NCBI GenBank assembly: GCA_045636085.1
Contig: JAZTWU010000159.1
Span: forward strand, 1-45,233
Source of the DNA: Eubacteriales bacterium
GTDB lineage: Bacteria > Bacillota > Clostridia > Oscillospirales > CAG-272
DNA: 45,233 nt
Direction of reading: 5' to 3'
Positions within the stretch are counted from its first letter, which is position 1. Each line of letters starts with the position of its first letter. Positions 9,439-17,320 of the stretch are shown in pieces. The position numbers and the translations under genes were made by a program. The notes under the pieces were generated by a model. The model saw nothing but the letters and a program-made list of their open reading frames with translations. It was not told where the DNA came from and searched no databases.

Positions 9439-10032
9439 ATCCGTTTCGGGAAAAAGCGAGGCGGCGAGCGCCAAAAGCGCATCGTGATCGCATAAAAGAT
9501 TGACGGCGGAAAGCAAGGGCGAAGCCCCCATTCCGCGCGGCAGACCGAGTGCAAGCGCAAGCGCATCCCTGCGCTCGGAGGCGTTTTCTGCCCCCGTCAG
9601 ACCAAGAAAGTAGAAATCGGTCTTGGTGATCGGCTCACCCTTTTCTTGCGCGCCCTCCTCCGAGAGGGGCAGAAAAAGCTCATAAAGCAGGTCGGCCGCC
9701 ATTCCCTCCACGCCGAGGGTGCCGCTTTTCGAGGGGGCGGATTTTCTTTTCTCCTTTCCTGCGATCTCGGGGATATAGAGGGGGCGAATGGCCTCCTTTG
9801 GCAGGATGGAGGATAAAAAGGCGCGGATCTGGCGGCCGCCGCCGTCCGAATCCGTGAGCACGATCACGCCATCGGCGCAAAGGCGGCGAAGCAACGCTTG
9901 CTTTTCTTTGGAATTAAAGACGGAAAAGCCGCCCGTCGTCAGAATCGTTGCATCGATCACCTGCGAGAGGGTGTTTTTATCGTATTTTCCCTCCACGATC
10001 ACGGGCAGAGGGATGCGAAGCTTCTTTCGCAT
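9430..10032 (-). CDS. Toprim domain protein (DUF4093 / RNase M5-like)
   Basis: PVIVEGKYDKNTL supplies the Toprim Glu and VIVLTDSDGGGRQIR supplies the DxD. The size (200 aa) and architecture resemble RnmV-type proteins. Confidence 0.7.
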   Translation of the reverse strand: MRKKLRIPLPVIVEGKYDKNTLSQVIDATILTTGGFSVFNSKEKQALLRRLCADGVIVLTDSDGGGRQIRAFLSSILPKEAIRPLYIPEIAGKEKRKSAPSKSGTLGVEGMAADLLYELFLPLSEEGAQEKGEPITKTDFYFLGLTGAENASERRDALALALGLPRGMGASPLLSAVNLLCDHDALLALAASLFPETDVS

Positions 10033-10044
10033 AAGGCAAGCTCC

Positions 10045-11295
10045 TTAATTGTTTTCTTCATTTTTCGCAAGCGCTCTCTGCCGATGCAGGCAAAGAGCGG
10101 CAAGCGGGCATTCCCCGCATTTCGGTGCGCGCGCCGTGCATACCTCTCGGCCAAACCAAACGATGCGGTGGCAAAAATCGCTCCCCTCCTCAGGGGCAAG
10201 GATGCGGCGCAAAATCACCTCGATCCGCCCGGGATCCCGAAGCGTCTCCTTATACATTCCGAGGCGGCCGCAGATGCGCATACAGTGCGTATCGCAAACA
10301 ACGGCGGGGAGAGCAAAAATATCCCCCAGCAAAAGGTTTGCGATCTTGCGCCCAACGCCGGGAAAGCGCAAAAGCGAATCCATATCCGAGGGCAGAGCGC
10401 CGCCGTATTCCGAGGCAAGCATTGCAGAGGCATCTTTCAGGCTCTGCGCCTTCATTCTATAAAGCCCGCAGGGGCGAATAATTCTCTCGATCTCGGAGAG
10501 CTCAGCCGCCGCCATCGACTCGCAATTTGGGAATTTTGCAAATAATTCTTTGCAAACATCGTTCACTCTCTCGTCCGTGCACTGTGCGGAAAGCCTTCCC
10601 ATCACGAGAAGCTTCCAGGGATCACCCTCGTATTTCAGCGCGCATTCCGCCACGGGATAGCGCTCCTTCAGAAGCGAAACGATCCGATCCATACGGCGGC
10701 GCTTTTCGGCAAGCGAGAGGGCGCGCTTGGCACCGACCGCCTCCGAAAGCAGGCGCTTCACAAGGCGGCCCGAGAGGCCGACGACGGTATCGAAATCACC
10801 CTCGATTTTGGAAACGAAGGCGCCTGCGGCGCCCTGAATTCCGTATGCCCCGGCCTTATCCATCGGCTCTCCGCTATCCGCATAGCGAAGGATCTCCTGC
10901 TCCGAAAGAGAGCGAAAATGCACGGCCGTTGTGGCAGTTTCGGCGAAAGTCTTTCCTTTATAATGAATGCAAACGCCCGTATGCACGCGGTGTACCGCGC
11001 CCGAAAGCGCACGGAGCATACGGATCGCATCCTCGCGGTCGGCAGGCTTTCCGAGGGCAACCCCATCCAGCTCCACGAGCGTATCGGCGGAAAGCACGGG
11101 GATCGCATCCCCGATTTCGGCGGCCACGGCCGCCCCCTTTTTGATTGCAAGCAGGCGCACGCCGTCGTAGGGCGAGGTTCCCTCGGGAAGGGTTTCATCC
11201 ACCTCCGAGGTTTTCACCGTCAGCGAAAATCCCATCGCGCCGAGAATCTCTTTTCTGCGCGGCGATGCGGAGGCGAGAATCAATTCCTTTTTCAT
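10045..11295 (-). CDS. Fusion protein: Maf nucleoside-triphosphate pyrophosphatase (N) + endonuclease III/Nth DNA glycosylase-lyase (C)
   Basis: N-terminal Maf features: LILASASPRRKEIL and DKAGAYGIQG. C-terminal Nth features: LSAQCTDERVN, an HhH-GPD motif FPGVGRKIANLLL, the catalytic Asp context VCDTH, and the 4Fe-4S loop C-x6-C-x2-C-x5-C (CTARAPKCGECPLAALC). Its ATG overlaps the U32 stop (ATGA at 11292-11295). Confidence 0.85.
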   Translation of the reverse strand: MKKELILASASPRRKEILGAMGFSLTVKTSEVDETLPEGTSPYDGVRLLAIKKGAAVAAEIGDAIPVLSADTLVELDGVALGKPADREDAIRMLRALSGAVHRVHTGVCIHYKGKTFAETATTAVHFRSLSEQEILRYADSGEPMDKAGAYGIQGAAGAFVSKIEGDFDTVVGLSGRLVKRLLSEAVGAKRALSLAEKRRRMDRIVSLLKERYPVAECALKYEGDPWKLLVMGRLSAQCTDERVNDVCKELFAKFPNCESMAAAELSEIERIIRPCGLYRMKAQSLKDASAMLASEYGGALPSDMDSLLRFPGVGRKIANLLLGDIFALPAVVCDTHCMRICGRLGMYKETLRDPGRIEVILRRILAPEEGSDFCHRIVWFGREVCTARAPKCGECPLAALCLHRQRALAKNEENN

Positions 11296-13433
11296 CGTTT
11301 TTTCTTTCCATTTCCGTATTTGTATTTTTCCTGCAAGCCTCCGCGGCGCGAAACGGGGCGCACGGACGGCTTTTTTTGCTCAGCATTCTTTTTTGGGGGC
11401 AAAGGCTCCGCTCCGTCGTATACCCTCGCCTCGCTGACGCCGATGCGCCGCACCTTCTCGGCAAGCGGCGCTCCCTCGCGGTAAGCAGAGAGAATGCGGC
11501 GGATCTGTCTTGCATCCTCCACGGAGAAAATAAAATGCTCGTGAGAAATCCCGAAAAGCTCGCTTTTTTTATCTCCCATATAAGTGGGGAGCGAATTGAG
11601 GATCAGAGAGCGATGCGCGTGCTCACGGAGCACGGGAAAGCGCATACCGCGCCGATCCGTGAAGAAAAAGCTACCGCAAGCGCCACAGCCCGCGTTTTCC
11701 TTCACAAAGCACCGCTCGGTGATCATCAGGGGCACGCGGCCGTAAACGATCGCGCCGCCAACCCCTCTCAGGCGCGCCACCGTCAGCTCCGCCGAGGCGA
11801 GCGATTGCGAAACACCAAGCGAGGAAAGCACCTCGGCGGCATAGGGATTATAAAGATTCATCCGAAAATCCCCGAGGGGGATCAGCCCCGCCTCGCGGCA
11901 GAGCGGAATATGCGAAAGATTGGAGATCAAAGCGTACTTTGCGCCCTTCTCTGCCACCTCGGCCATACGGGTGCGGACAGAGGAAAGCTCACCCTCCATC
12001 ACGGCATAAGGGAGCGCCACACCCTCGGCGCGAAGCACGGGATCAAACTGCATCAGCGGAACGAAGACAATATCCAAAAGGGAGCGCTCCGCCTCCGAAA
12101 GTGCAAAAAGCGCCTCAGGCTTATAAAAGAGCGCGGTGCGAAGCGGCTTTTTCTTAGGCGCTCCCGCGGGCGCGGGGAGCGCGATTTCGGGCGGCATTTC
12201 GCGCTCACAGCCCTCCAGTGCCTCGGCCGCCGCACGGCGCAGGGCATTCACCGCCGCAGGCGAAAGATTGATATTTTCATCCATCTCCACCCTAAGCGCA
12301 TCGGCGGAAAGAGAAAGAAAGGTATTGCCCATTTTGCAAAGCCGCGCCGAAAGATCCTCTCTCGTTAAGGGCGCAGAAAGCGCGGGAACGGGGGCCTCAC
12401 CAAAAGCCGTCACGCTTCGGCCGCCTGCCGAAAGCGTCAGCTCTGCGCGCTCACCGAGACGGAAGATCGCCTTTCCCGAGCAAGGAACGCGCATCGGCGC
12501 GTATTCGCCCCTTTGCATTGCGCGACTCTCCTCCTTCTGCTCCTCGGAGCGCACGCCCGTCATACCGCCAAGACGGCCGACAAAATATCCGTCCGTGAAT
12601 CCGCTACGGGAGAACAAAGCGGAAAGCTCCCGCTCCTCCGCATCGGTTGCACCACGGCGCTCATCCAAGAGGCGGCGATAAATCGAGGTCACGCCGAAAA
12701 CATAGTCCGCGCTCTTCATTCGCCCCTCGATCTTCAAGGAGCAAACGCCCGCATCGATCAGGGCGGGAATATGGCGCGCAAGCGACATATCCTTCAGCGA
12801 AAGCGGATACTTCCCTTCTCCGTACGGCAAACGGCAGGGCTGGGCGCATTCGCCACGGTTGCCGCTTCGGCCGCCAACGAGCGAGGAGAAAAGGCATTGC
12901 CCCGAATGGCAAACGCAGAGCGCGCCGTGCAAAAACACCTCCAGCTCCAAGGCAGATTTTTTCACCATCTCGCGCATATCCGCAAGTGAGCACTCGCGCG
13001 CGATCACGGCGCGGGAAAGGCCGAGAGCTTGGCAAACGCCAACGCCCTCGCTATTATGGATTCCCATCTGCGTGGAGGCGTGCAGCTCCATCATCGGCAG
13101 ATGCTTGCGAAGCAAGGAAATGCCGCCAAGATCGGTGACGATCAGGGCATCCACGCCCATACCGTAAAGCGAGCGGCAAAAGGCAAGCCAAGAGGCAAGC
13201 TCGCGCTCGTATACGAGGGTATTCACGGTGACATAGAGACGAACGCCGTGCAGGTGACAATAGGAAACCGCACGCCGAAGCTCCTCCTCCTCAAAATTCT
13301 TGGCAAAGGCGCGCGCACCGAAGGCCTTGCCGCCAAGATAAACGGCATCCGCACCTGCGGCCACCGCCGCATACAGCGCCTCCATCGAGCCTGCGGGTGC
13401 CAAAAGCTCGGGCAAGTCTGTTTTTCTTCTCAT
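11292..13433 (-). CDS. Peptidase U32 family protein, long form (RlhA/YdcP-like architecture)
   Basis: LLAPAGSMEALYAAVAAGADAVYLGG is the typical U32 N-terminus. The Cys-rich block ALCVCHSGQCLFSS...GNRGECAQPCR is present, and a long C-terminal extension follows. I moved the start from the track's GTG 13466 to ATG 13433 (RBS gaaaggag). Confidence 0.85.
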   Translation of the reverse strand: MRRKTDLPELLAPAGSMEALYAAVAAGADAVYLGGKAFGARAFAKNFEEEELRRAVSYCHLHGVRLYVTVNTLVYERELASWLAFCRSLYGMGVDALIVTDLGGISLLRKHLPMMELHASTQMGIHNSEGVGVCQALGLSRAVIARECSLADMREMVKKSALELEVFLHGALCVCHSGQCLFSSLVGGRSGNRGECAQPCRLPYGEGKYPLSLKDMSLARHIPALIDAGVCSLKIEGRMKSADYVFGVTSIYRRLLDERRGATDAEERELSALFSRSGFTDGYFVGRLGGMTGVRSEEQKEESRAMQRGEYAPMRVPCSGKAIFRLGERAELTLSAGGRSVTAFGEAPVPALSAPLTREDLSARLCKMGNTFLSLSADALRVEMDENINLSPAAVNALRRAAAEALEGCEREMPPEIALPAPAGAPKKKPLRTALFYKPEALFALSEAERSLLDIVFVPLMQFDPVLRAEGVALPYAVMEGELSSVRTRMAEVAEKGAKYALISNLSHIPLCREAGLIPLGDFRMNLYNPYAAEVLSSLGVSQSLASAELTVARLRGVGGAIVYGRVPLMITERCFVKENAGCGACGSFFFTDRRGMRFPVLREHAHRSLILNSLPTYMGDKKSELFGISHEHFIFSVEDARQIRRILSAYREGAPLAEKVRRIGVSEARVYDGAEPLPPKKNAEQKKPSVRPVSRRGGLQEKYKYGNGKKKR

Positions 13434-13518
13434 CGGAAAACGCACTCCTTTCGCAAAAAAATTCACTTCGTTTCATAAAAAAAGCGCAAAGCGCCGCGAC
13501 TCTTTTTTTCATTATATT

Positions 13519-13547
13519 ATTATATATGACTTTGGCGCCGTTGTCAA
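13519..13547 (-). promoter_or_regulatory. Consensus sigma-70 promoter for the U32 / Maf-Nth / Toprim operon
   Basis: The minus strand reads TTGACA (13547-13542), then a 17-nt spacer, then TATAAT (13524-13519). Both hexamers match the consensus perfectly. Confidence 0.6.
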
Positions 13548-13558
13548 GACGATTGCAT

Positions 13559-13597
13559 AGAGAAGAAAAGAAGAAAAGAAAGAAGGAAAGAAAAAAG
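13559..13597. repeat. 39-nt uninterrupted polypurine/polypyrimidine tract (GAA/GAAA-rich)
   Basis: The plus strand reads agagaagaaaagaagaaaagaaagaaggaaagaaaaaag with no pyrimidine. It directly abuts the thiT terminator. Confidence 0.9.
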
Positions 13598-13631
13598 CCC
13601 GCCCTCCGTTGCCGCTACGGATAAGGCAGGC
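13590..13631 (-). terminator. Rho-independent terminator after thiT
   Basis: The minus strand reads GCCTGCCTTATCCG-loop-CGGAGGGCGGGC, a GC-rich stem with a G-U pair and a small bulge. It is followed by TTTTTTC and then a long pyrimidine run. Confidence 0.55.
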
Positions 13632-13675
13632 TTGTGATTTTGCAAATTTTCCAAACTTTTGTTTACAAAAACAAC

Positions 13676-14494
13676 TTATTTTCTTTTCTTGCTTTCGATC
13701 AGGCGGGAGGCAAAAACAGATCCCACGAAGATCAAAAATCCCAAAATCGTGAAGAGAGCAACCCTTCCCCAAGGAACGAGCGATAGGCCCGAGGCAAGAA
13801 GCTCGCCCGTCTGTTGCATTGCGGAGAAGATCACGATCACATCGTAGATGGCGGCGGCAAGGAGAAACACGCCTCCGCAAAGCACCGTGGCAAAAGCGGC
13901 CGTGCTGCTGTTTTCCGCTCTTGCGATCCGCTTCGGTGCGCGCGCGCCGAGATCCATTGCCTCCGAAATATAAAAGAGAACCAGAAGCAAGATCAGCGTT
14001 TCGGGCACCATATAGGTCGCGTTATAAGCGATCGATCCGATCAGCGCCGCCTCCGTGGGAATCGAAAGTCCCGCCCAGACGGTGGCACCCGAGATGATAT
14101 GGCAAAGATAGCGCAAAGCCGAGGCAAGCGTCGCACCCGAAAGGAGCGCCGCCGTTTGGCTCAGCCCCTTGTGCCGAAATGCGCCGGCGAGACCAAGCAC
14201 CGCAAAGGCGGCAACGTAGTCCAAAAGGATCACGGCAAAAACCGAAGCAAATCCCGTGACGAAGGAGAGCGTGCGCAGTCCGAGAAGCTGTTGGAGAACG
14301 CCGTAAACCGTTCCCGCGAGGAGGCCGTGCTTCAAGCCGTGGCGATACGAGATCAAAACGATCGGGAGCATCGAGGCAAATGTCACGGAGCCGCCCGCAG
14401 GCAATTCCGCCAGCTTCAGAAGACTCAGCACCGTGGCAAGCGCGATCATAACGGCACTCTCCACGAGCGCCAAGGTTTTTTTGTTGTTTTCCAT
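13676..14494 (-). CDS. thiT: Thiamine transporter ThiT (ECF S-component, YuaJ family) with an extra C-terminal membrane region
   Basis: A TPP riboswitch lies directly upstream. The sequence pattern resembles ThiT (ISYRHGLKHGLLAGTVYGVLQ, ILLDYVAAFAVLGLAGAF, ALRYLCHIISGATVW). I moved the start to ATG 14494 (MENNKKTLALVES..., RBS taggagg). The first 39 codons of the track ORF are the riboswitch. Confidence 0.8.
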   Translation of the reverse strand: MENNKKTLALVESAVMIALATVLSLLKLAELPAGGSVTFASMLPIVLISYRHGLKHGLLAGTVYGVLQQLLGLRTLSFVTGFASVFAVILLDYVAAFAVLGLAGAFRHKGLSQTAALLSGATLASALRYLCHIISGATVWAGLSIPTEAALIGSIAYNATYMVPETLILLLVLFYISEAMDLGARAPKRIARAENSSTAAFATVLCGGVFLLAAAIYDVIVIFSAMQQTGELLASGLSLVPWGRVALFTILGFLIFVGSVFASRLIESKKRK

Positions 14495-14510
14495 CGAAGA
14501 AAACCTCCTA

Positions 14511-14638
14511 TAAAAATTCGCCACACAGAAAATATCCGTGTGGCGATCTTTATAGCATCTTCCTACGACGGCATTATCCGTATCAGGTATAAGGGTTCGG
14601 AAAAAATCCATCTCAGCCTTGCGGCACCCCTGATATTA
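14511..14638 (-). promoter_or_regulatory. TPP (THI-box) riboswitch with terminator expression platform
   Basis: The minus strand reads CAGGGGUGCCGCAAGGCUGAGAUGG...GAACCCUUAUACCUGAUACGGAUAAUGCCGUCGUAGGAAG, which carries the conserved GGGGUGC, GCUGAGA and ACCUGAU-GGAUAAUGCC-GCGUAGGGA-like blocks. The hairpin GCCACAC/GUGUGGC (14544-14520) follows, then GAAUUUUUAU, then the RBS. Confidence 0.9.
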
Positions 14639-14659
14639 TTCTGTTGTCAGCGTGGTAAC

Positions 14660-14688
14660 AGTATAGCACGGCGCTTTTCGTTTGTCAA
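14660..14688 (-). promoter_or_regulatory. Sigma-70 promoter for riboswitch-thiT
   Basis: The minus strand reads TTGACA (14688-14683), a 17-nt spacer, then TATACT (14665-14660). Confidence 0.6.
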
Positions 14689-14742
14689 GCAATTTCGAAA
14701 AAAAATTTTCGCTCCGTTTTCCTTGCCTACGGCAAGATTTTT

Positions 14743-14976
14743 TCAAAATTCCCGTTTCACTCTGTCAATGCATCGCCCGCACAGTCGAATGCCCTCATTG
14801 CCGCAAAGTTCTTGCGCGCAAAGCGCACAGCTGCTCTTCTTCGGGCGCACGGTCAGTTCTCCGCCGTTGCAAAAAAGAAGGGCAAAATCCCCTGCGCGAA
14901 GTCCAAGCTTTTTACGAAATTCGATCGGGATCACAAGCCTTCCCAAGCGATCAATTTCTTTTTCTATCCCATGCAT
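14743..14976 (-). CDS. AbrB/SpoVT-family DNA-binding protein with a Cys-rich C-terminal tail
   Basis: IDRLGRLVIPIEFRKKLGL is the SpoVT-AbrB swapped-hairpin signature. The C-terminus CALCAQELCGNEGIRLCGRC contains paired CxxC motifs. I moved the start to ATG 14976 (RBS ggtggag). Confidence 0.75.
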   Translation of the reverse strand: MHGIEKEIDRLGRLVIPIEFRKKLGLRAGDFALLFCNGGELTVRPKKSSCALCAQELCGNEGIRLCGRCIDRVKREF

Positions 14977-15087
14977 ATTCTCCACCCCTTTTTTATATAA
15001 TAACACATTTTTTCTTCTTTGTCAACTCTTTTGGGTTAATCTTTTTAATTCAAATGAGTTAGGATATAAAAGAAAGGGGTGTTTATT

Positions 15088-15330
15088 ATGACGATGGGAG
15101 AAGCCTGCAAAAACAGAATTCGTGAGCTTTGCTCCGAAAGAAAAATCACACTCAATAAGCTTGCGATCCTCTCGGGGATCACGCAATCCACGCTCCACAA
15201 TATTGCGAGCGGAAGAAACCATAGTCTTACGGTTTCCACGTTGAAAAAGATCTGCGACGGACTTGAGATCACGGTTGTTGATTTCTTCAGCACGCCCATT
15301 TTTCTTTCCTTGGAGCAGGAAATTCAGTGA
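15088..15330 (+). CDS. XRE-family helix-turn-helix transcriptional regulator
   Basis: RIRELCSERKITLNKLAILSGITQSTLHNIASGRN is a typical HTH_3/Cro-C1 motif. I moved the start to ATG 15088 (RBS aaagggg). It is divergent from the AbrB gene. Confidence 0.8.
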   Translation: MTMGEACKNRIRELCSERKITLNKLAILSGITQSTLHNIASGRNHSLTVSTLKKICDGLEITVVDFFSTPIFLSLEQEIQ

Positions 15331-15337
15331 TAAGAAT

Positions 15338-15397
15338 AAAAAGCGGCCGCTTCGGGCATCTGTGCAATACAGCAGGTGCAAAAAGCGGTCGTTTTTA
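15338..15397. terminator. Bidirectional terminator between the convergent XRE and thiN genes
   Basis: A long imperfect hairpin has the outer stem CGGCCGC (15344-15350) / GCGGTCG (15385-15391) and an inner stem around CTGTGCAATACAG. It is flanked by A5 on the left and T5 on the right. Confidence 0.5.
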
Positions 15398-15413
15398 AGT
15401 ATTAAGAGATAAC

Positions 15414-16037
15414 TTATTTCTTATCCGAAAGCACGCAAAGAAGGATTCCCTTCTCCACGGAAACGAAAACCGAGTCGCCGAGCGCCGTATTGGAAACGCC
15501 CAAGGGAAAATCATTTTTCAAGGTGCCGTTTTCAAGCGCATAGGCCGCGCCCTCGATCGTGACGCCCGTTGCCGTCTCCGAAAGCGCAAAAACGCCAAGC
15601 GACTGCCCCGCATAGGTGGAAAGCTCCACGCCGCGATCCGCAAAGGCCAGCATCCGTGCCCCCTCCGATACAAGAGCGGCGCATCCTCCCTCCCCCGCGA
15701 TGCGGCGAAGAAGCTGAAGGTTTGCAACGGTGTGATCGGCGCGTCCGCCGAGACCGCCATAGATCTCAAAACTCGAGTATCCGCGGCGCACGCCCTCAAG
15801 ATAAGCAAGATACATATCCGTTTCGTCCTTTTTCACGGGAAAGCGCAAAACGGGGATCTCGATCGGTGGCACATCGCCTATCGAATCCAGATCTCCGACG
15901 AGAAGATGCGGCTTTTTTTGCGCGTTCAGGCAAGCATAAAGCCCGCCGTCCACCGCAATCAGAAGATCCTCTTCTCCTATATCGGGCAGGCGTGAAACCT
16001 CACCCGCGCCCACGAGATAGCAGATTTTTTCTTTCAT
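15414..16037 (-). CDS. thiN: Thiamine pyrophosphokinase
   Basis: Motifs present: LVGDLDSI, KDETDMYLA and GGLGGRADHTVAN, which are the TPK catalytic and thiamine-binding motifs. The start is ATG 16037; the track's TTG 16049 is possible. Confidence 0.8.
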   Translation of the reverse strand: MKEKICYLVGAGEVSRLPDIGEEDLLIAVDGGLYACLNAQKKPHLLVGDLDSIGDVPPIEIPVLRFPVKKDETDMYLAYLEGVRRGYSSFEIYGGLGGRADHTVANLQLLRRIAGEGGCAALVSEGARMLAFADRGVELSTYAGQSLGVFALSETATGVTIEGAAYALENGTLKNDFPLGVSNTALGDSVFVSVEKGILLCVLSDKK

Positions 16038-16052
16038 AATGCACACCAAGAT

Positions 16053-17309
16053 TTACTTATTCAGCATTTCTTCCAGCGCGGTCATCACGCCGAGCTTGCC
16101 GTATTCATAGGTAAGTCCGCCCTGCATATAAGCCGTATAGGGCGGCGTGAGAGGGCCGTCGCAGGAAAGCTCGTTGGTTGCGCCCGTAACGAAGGTGCCC
16201 GCCGCCATAATCTCCTCGTGCGGATATCCGGGCATTTCTCCCGGCTCGGGCACGCAGTATGCCTCAACGGGCGAGCCCTTCTGAATGCCGCGGCAGAAGC
16301 GGATCAGATTCTCGGCGGTGCCGAGATCGAGGGTTTGCACGATGTCCGTGCGGATCTCATCGTAGCGCGGAGAAACCGAGGCAAAGCCCGCAAGCTCCAG
16401 AATGCGCGCCGCAAAGGCCATCGATTTCAGCGTGGAGCAAACGGCGGCGGGAGCCATAAAGAAGCCCTTATAAAAGGAGGGGAGCTGATTGAAGTTTGCG
16501 CCAAGGCTTTTTCCAACGCAGGGCGCAGAGAAGCGCTCCGCAATATCCTCGATCACATCGTGGCGACCAACGCAGTATGCACCGCTGACGGCAAATCCTG
16601 CGCCGAGATTCTTCATCATCGAGCCAACGAAAACATCCGCACCAACCTCGGTGGGCTCGCGATCCTCGCAAAATTCGCCATAGCAGTTATCCACCATCAC
16701 AACCGTCTCGGGAGAAACGCGCTTGATCAGCGCGATCACGCGCTCGATTTTATCCATCGTTAAGCTCTTTCTCTGCGAATAGCCGCGGCTTCTCTGGATC
16801 GCGGCCACGCGAACGAAGCCCTCGGAAAGGCGCTTCTCAATTGCGGCATAATCAAAATCGTTTTCCACGAGGTCGATCTCCTCGTAAAGAACGCCGCAAG
16901 CGATCAGCGAGTTGCGGCTTTCGCCCGCCGTGCCAATCACGGAGCGAAGCGTATCGTAGGGCTCGCCGGAAATATAAAGCAGGGTCTGCCCGTGCTTCAG
17001 AAGTCCCCCGAGCGTGACGGCGAGCGCATGCGTTCCCGACATCAGTTGCGGGCGCACCAGCGCATCCTCTGCGCCGAAAACGCGCGCATAAAGCGCCTCA
17101 AGCTTATCGCGGCCATCGTCCGTGTATCCATATCCCGTCACCTCAAGAAAATCCGTCGTCGAAACGCGAAGGTCGCGGAAGGCGGCAAGCACCTTCGCGG
17201 AGCATTTCATACAGTTTTTCTCAAGCTTTGCAAACACTTCTTTGCAATCTGCTTCCGCCTGTGCGGCAAGATCAATCACTCTTTGGCTGAATTCGTGTCC
17301 TATATACAT
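16053..17309 (-). CDS. Methionine gamma-lyase-family / aluminium-resistance (YnbB-like) PLP enzyme
   Basis: Family-typical features: the N-terminus (VFAKLEKNCMKCSAKVLAAFRDLRVS...TGYGYTDDGRDKLEALYARVFGAEDALVRPQLMSGTHA) and the Lys context GSMMKNLGAG. Confidence 0.8.
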   Translation of the reverse strand: MYIGHEFSQRVIDLAAQAEADCKEVFAKLEKNCMKCSAKVLAAFRDLRVSTTDFLEVTGYGYTDDGRDKLEALYARVFGAEDALVRPQLMSGTHALAVTLGGLLKHGQTLLYISGEPYDTLRSVIGTAGESRNSLIACGVLYEEIDLVENDFDYAAIEKRLSEGFVRVAAIQRSRGYSQRKSLTMDKIERVIALIKRVSPETVVMVDNCYGEFCEDREPTEVGADVFVGSMMKNLGAGFAVSGAYCVGRHDVIEDIAERFSAPCVGKSLGANFNQLPSFYKGFFMAPAAVCSTLKSMAFAARILELAGFASVSPRYDEIRTDIVQTLDLGTAENLIRFCRGIQKGSPVEAYCVPEPGEMPGYPHEEIMAAGTFVTGATNELSCDGPLTPPYTAYMQGGLTYEYGKLGVMTALEEMLNK

Positions 17310-17320
17310 CCTTTATTTCC

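Noticed and set aside
11145-12368. A 407-aa plus-strand ORF, together with ORFs 13814-15091, 1996-3051, 6692-7486 and 43675-44730
   Set aside because: The same reasoning applies. Each lies antisense to (or runs across) genes and a riboswitch with clear family signatures, with Arg/Pro/Gly-rich nonsense composition.
14743-15330. Whether the AbrB/XRE pair is a toxin-antitoxin module
   Set aside because: Both proteins are DNA-binding types, and no toxin-like ORF (MazF, PIN, RelE, HipA etc.) is adjacent. The divergent orientation is also atypical for TA operons.
15343-15350. The GCGGCCGC (NotI-type) palindrome and repeated AAAAAGCGG words
   Set aside because: Both are explained as the two arms of the bidirectional terminator hairpin between the XRE and thiN genes.
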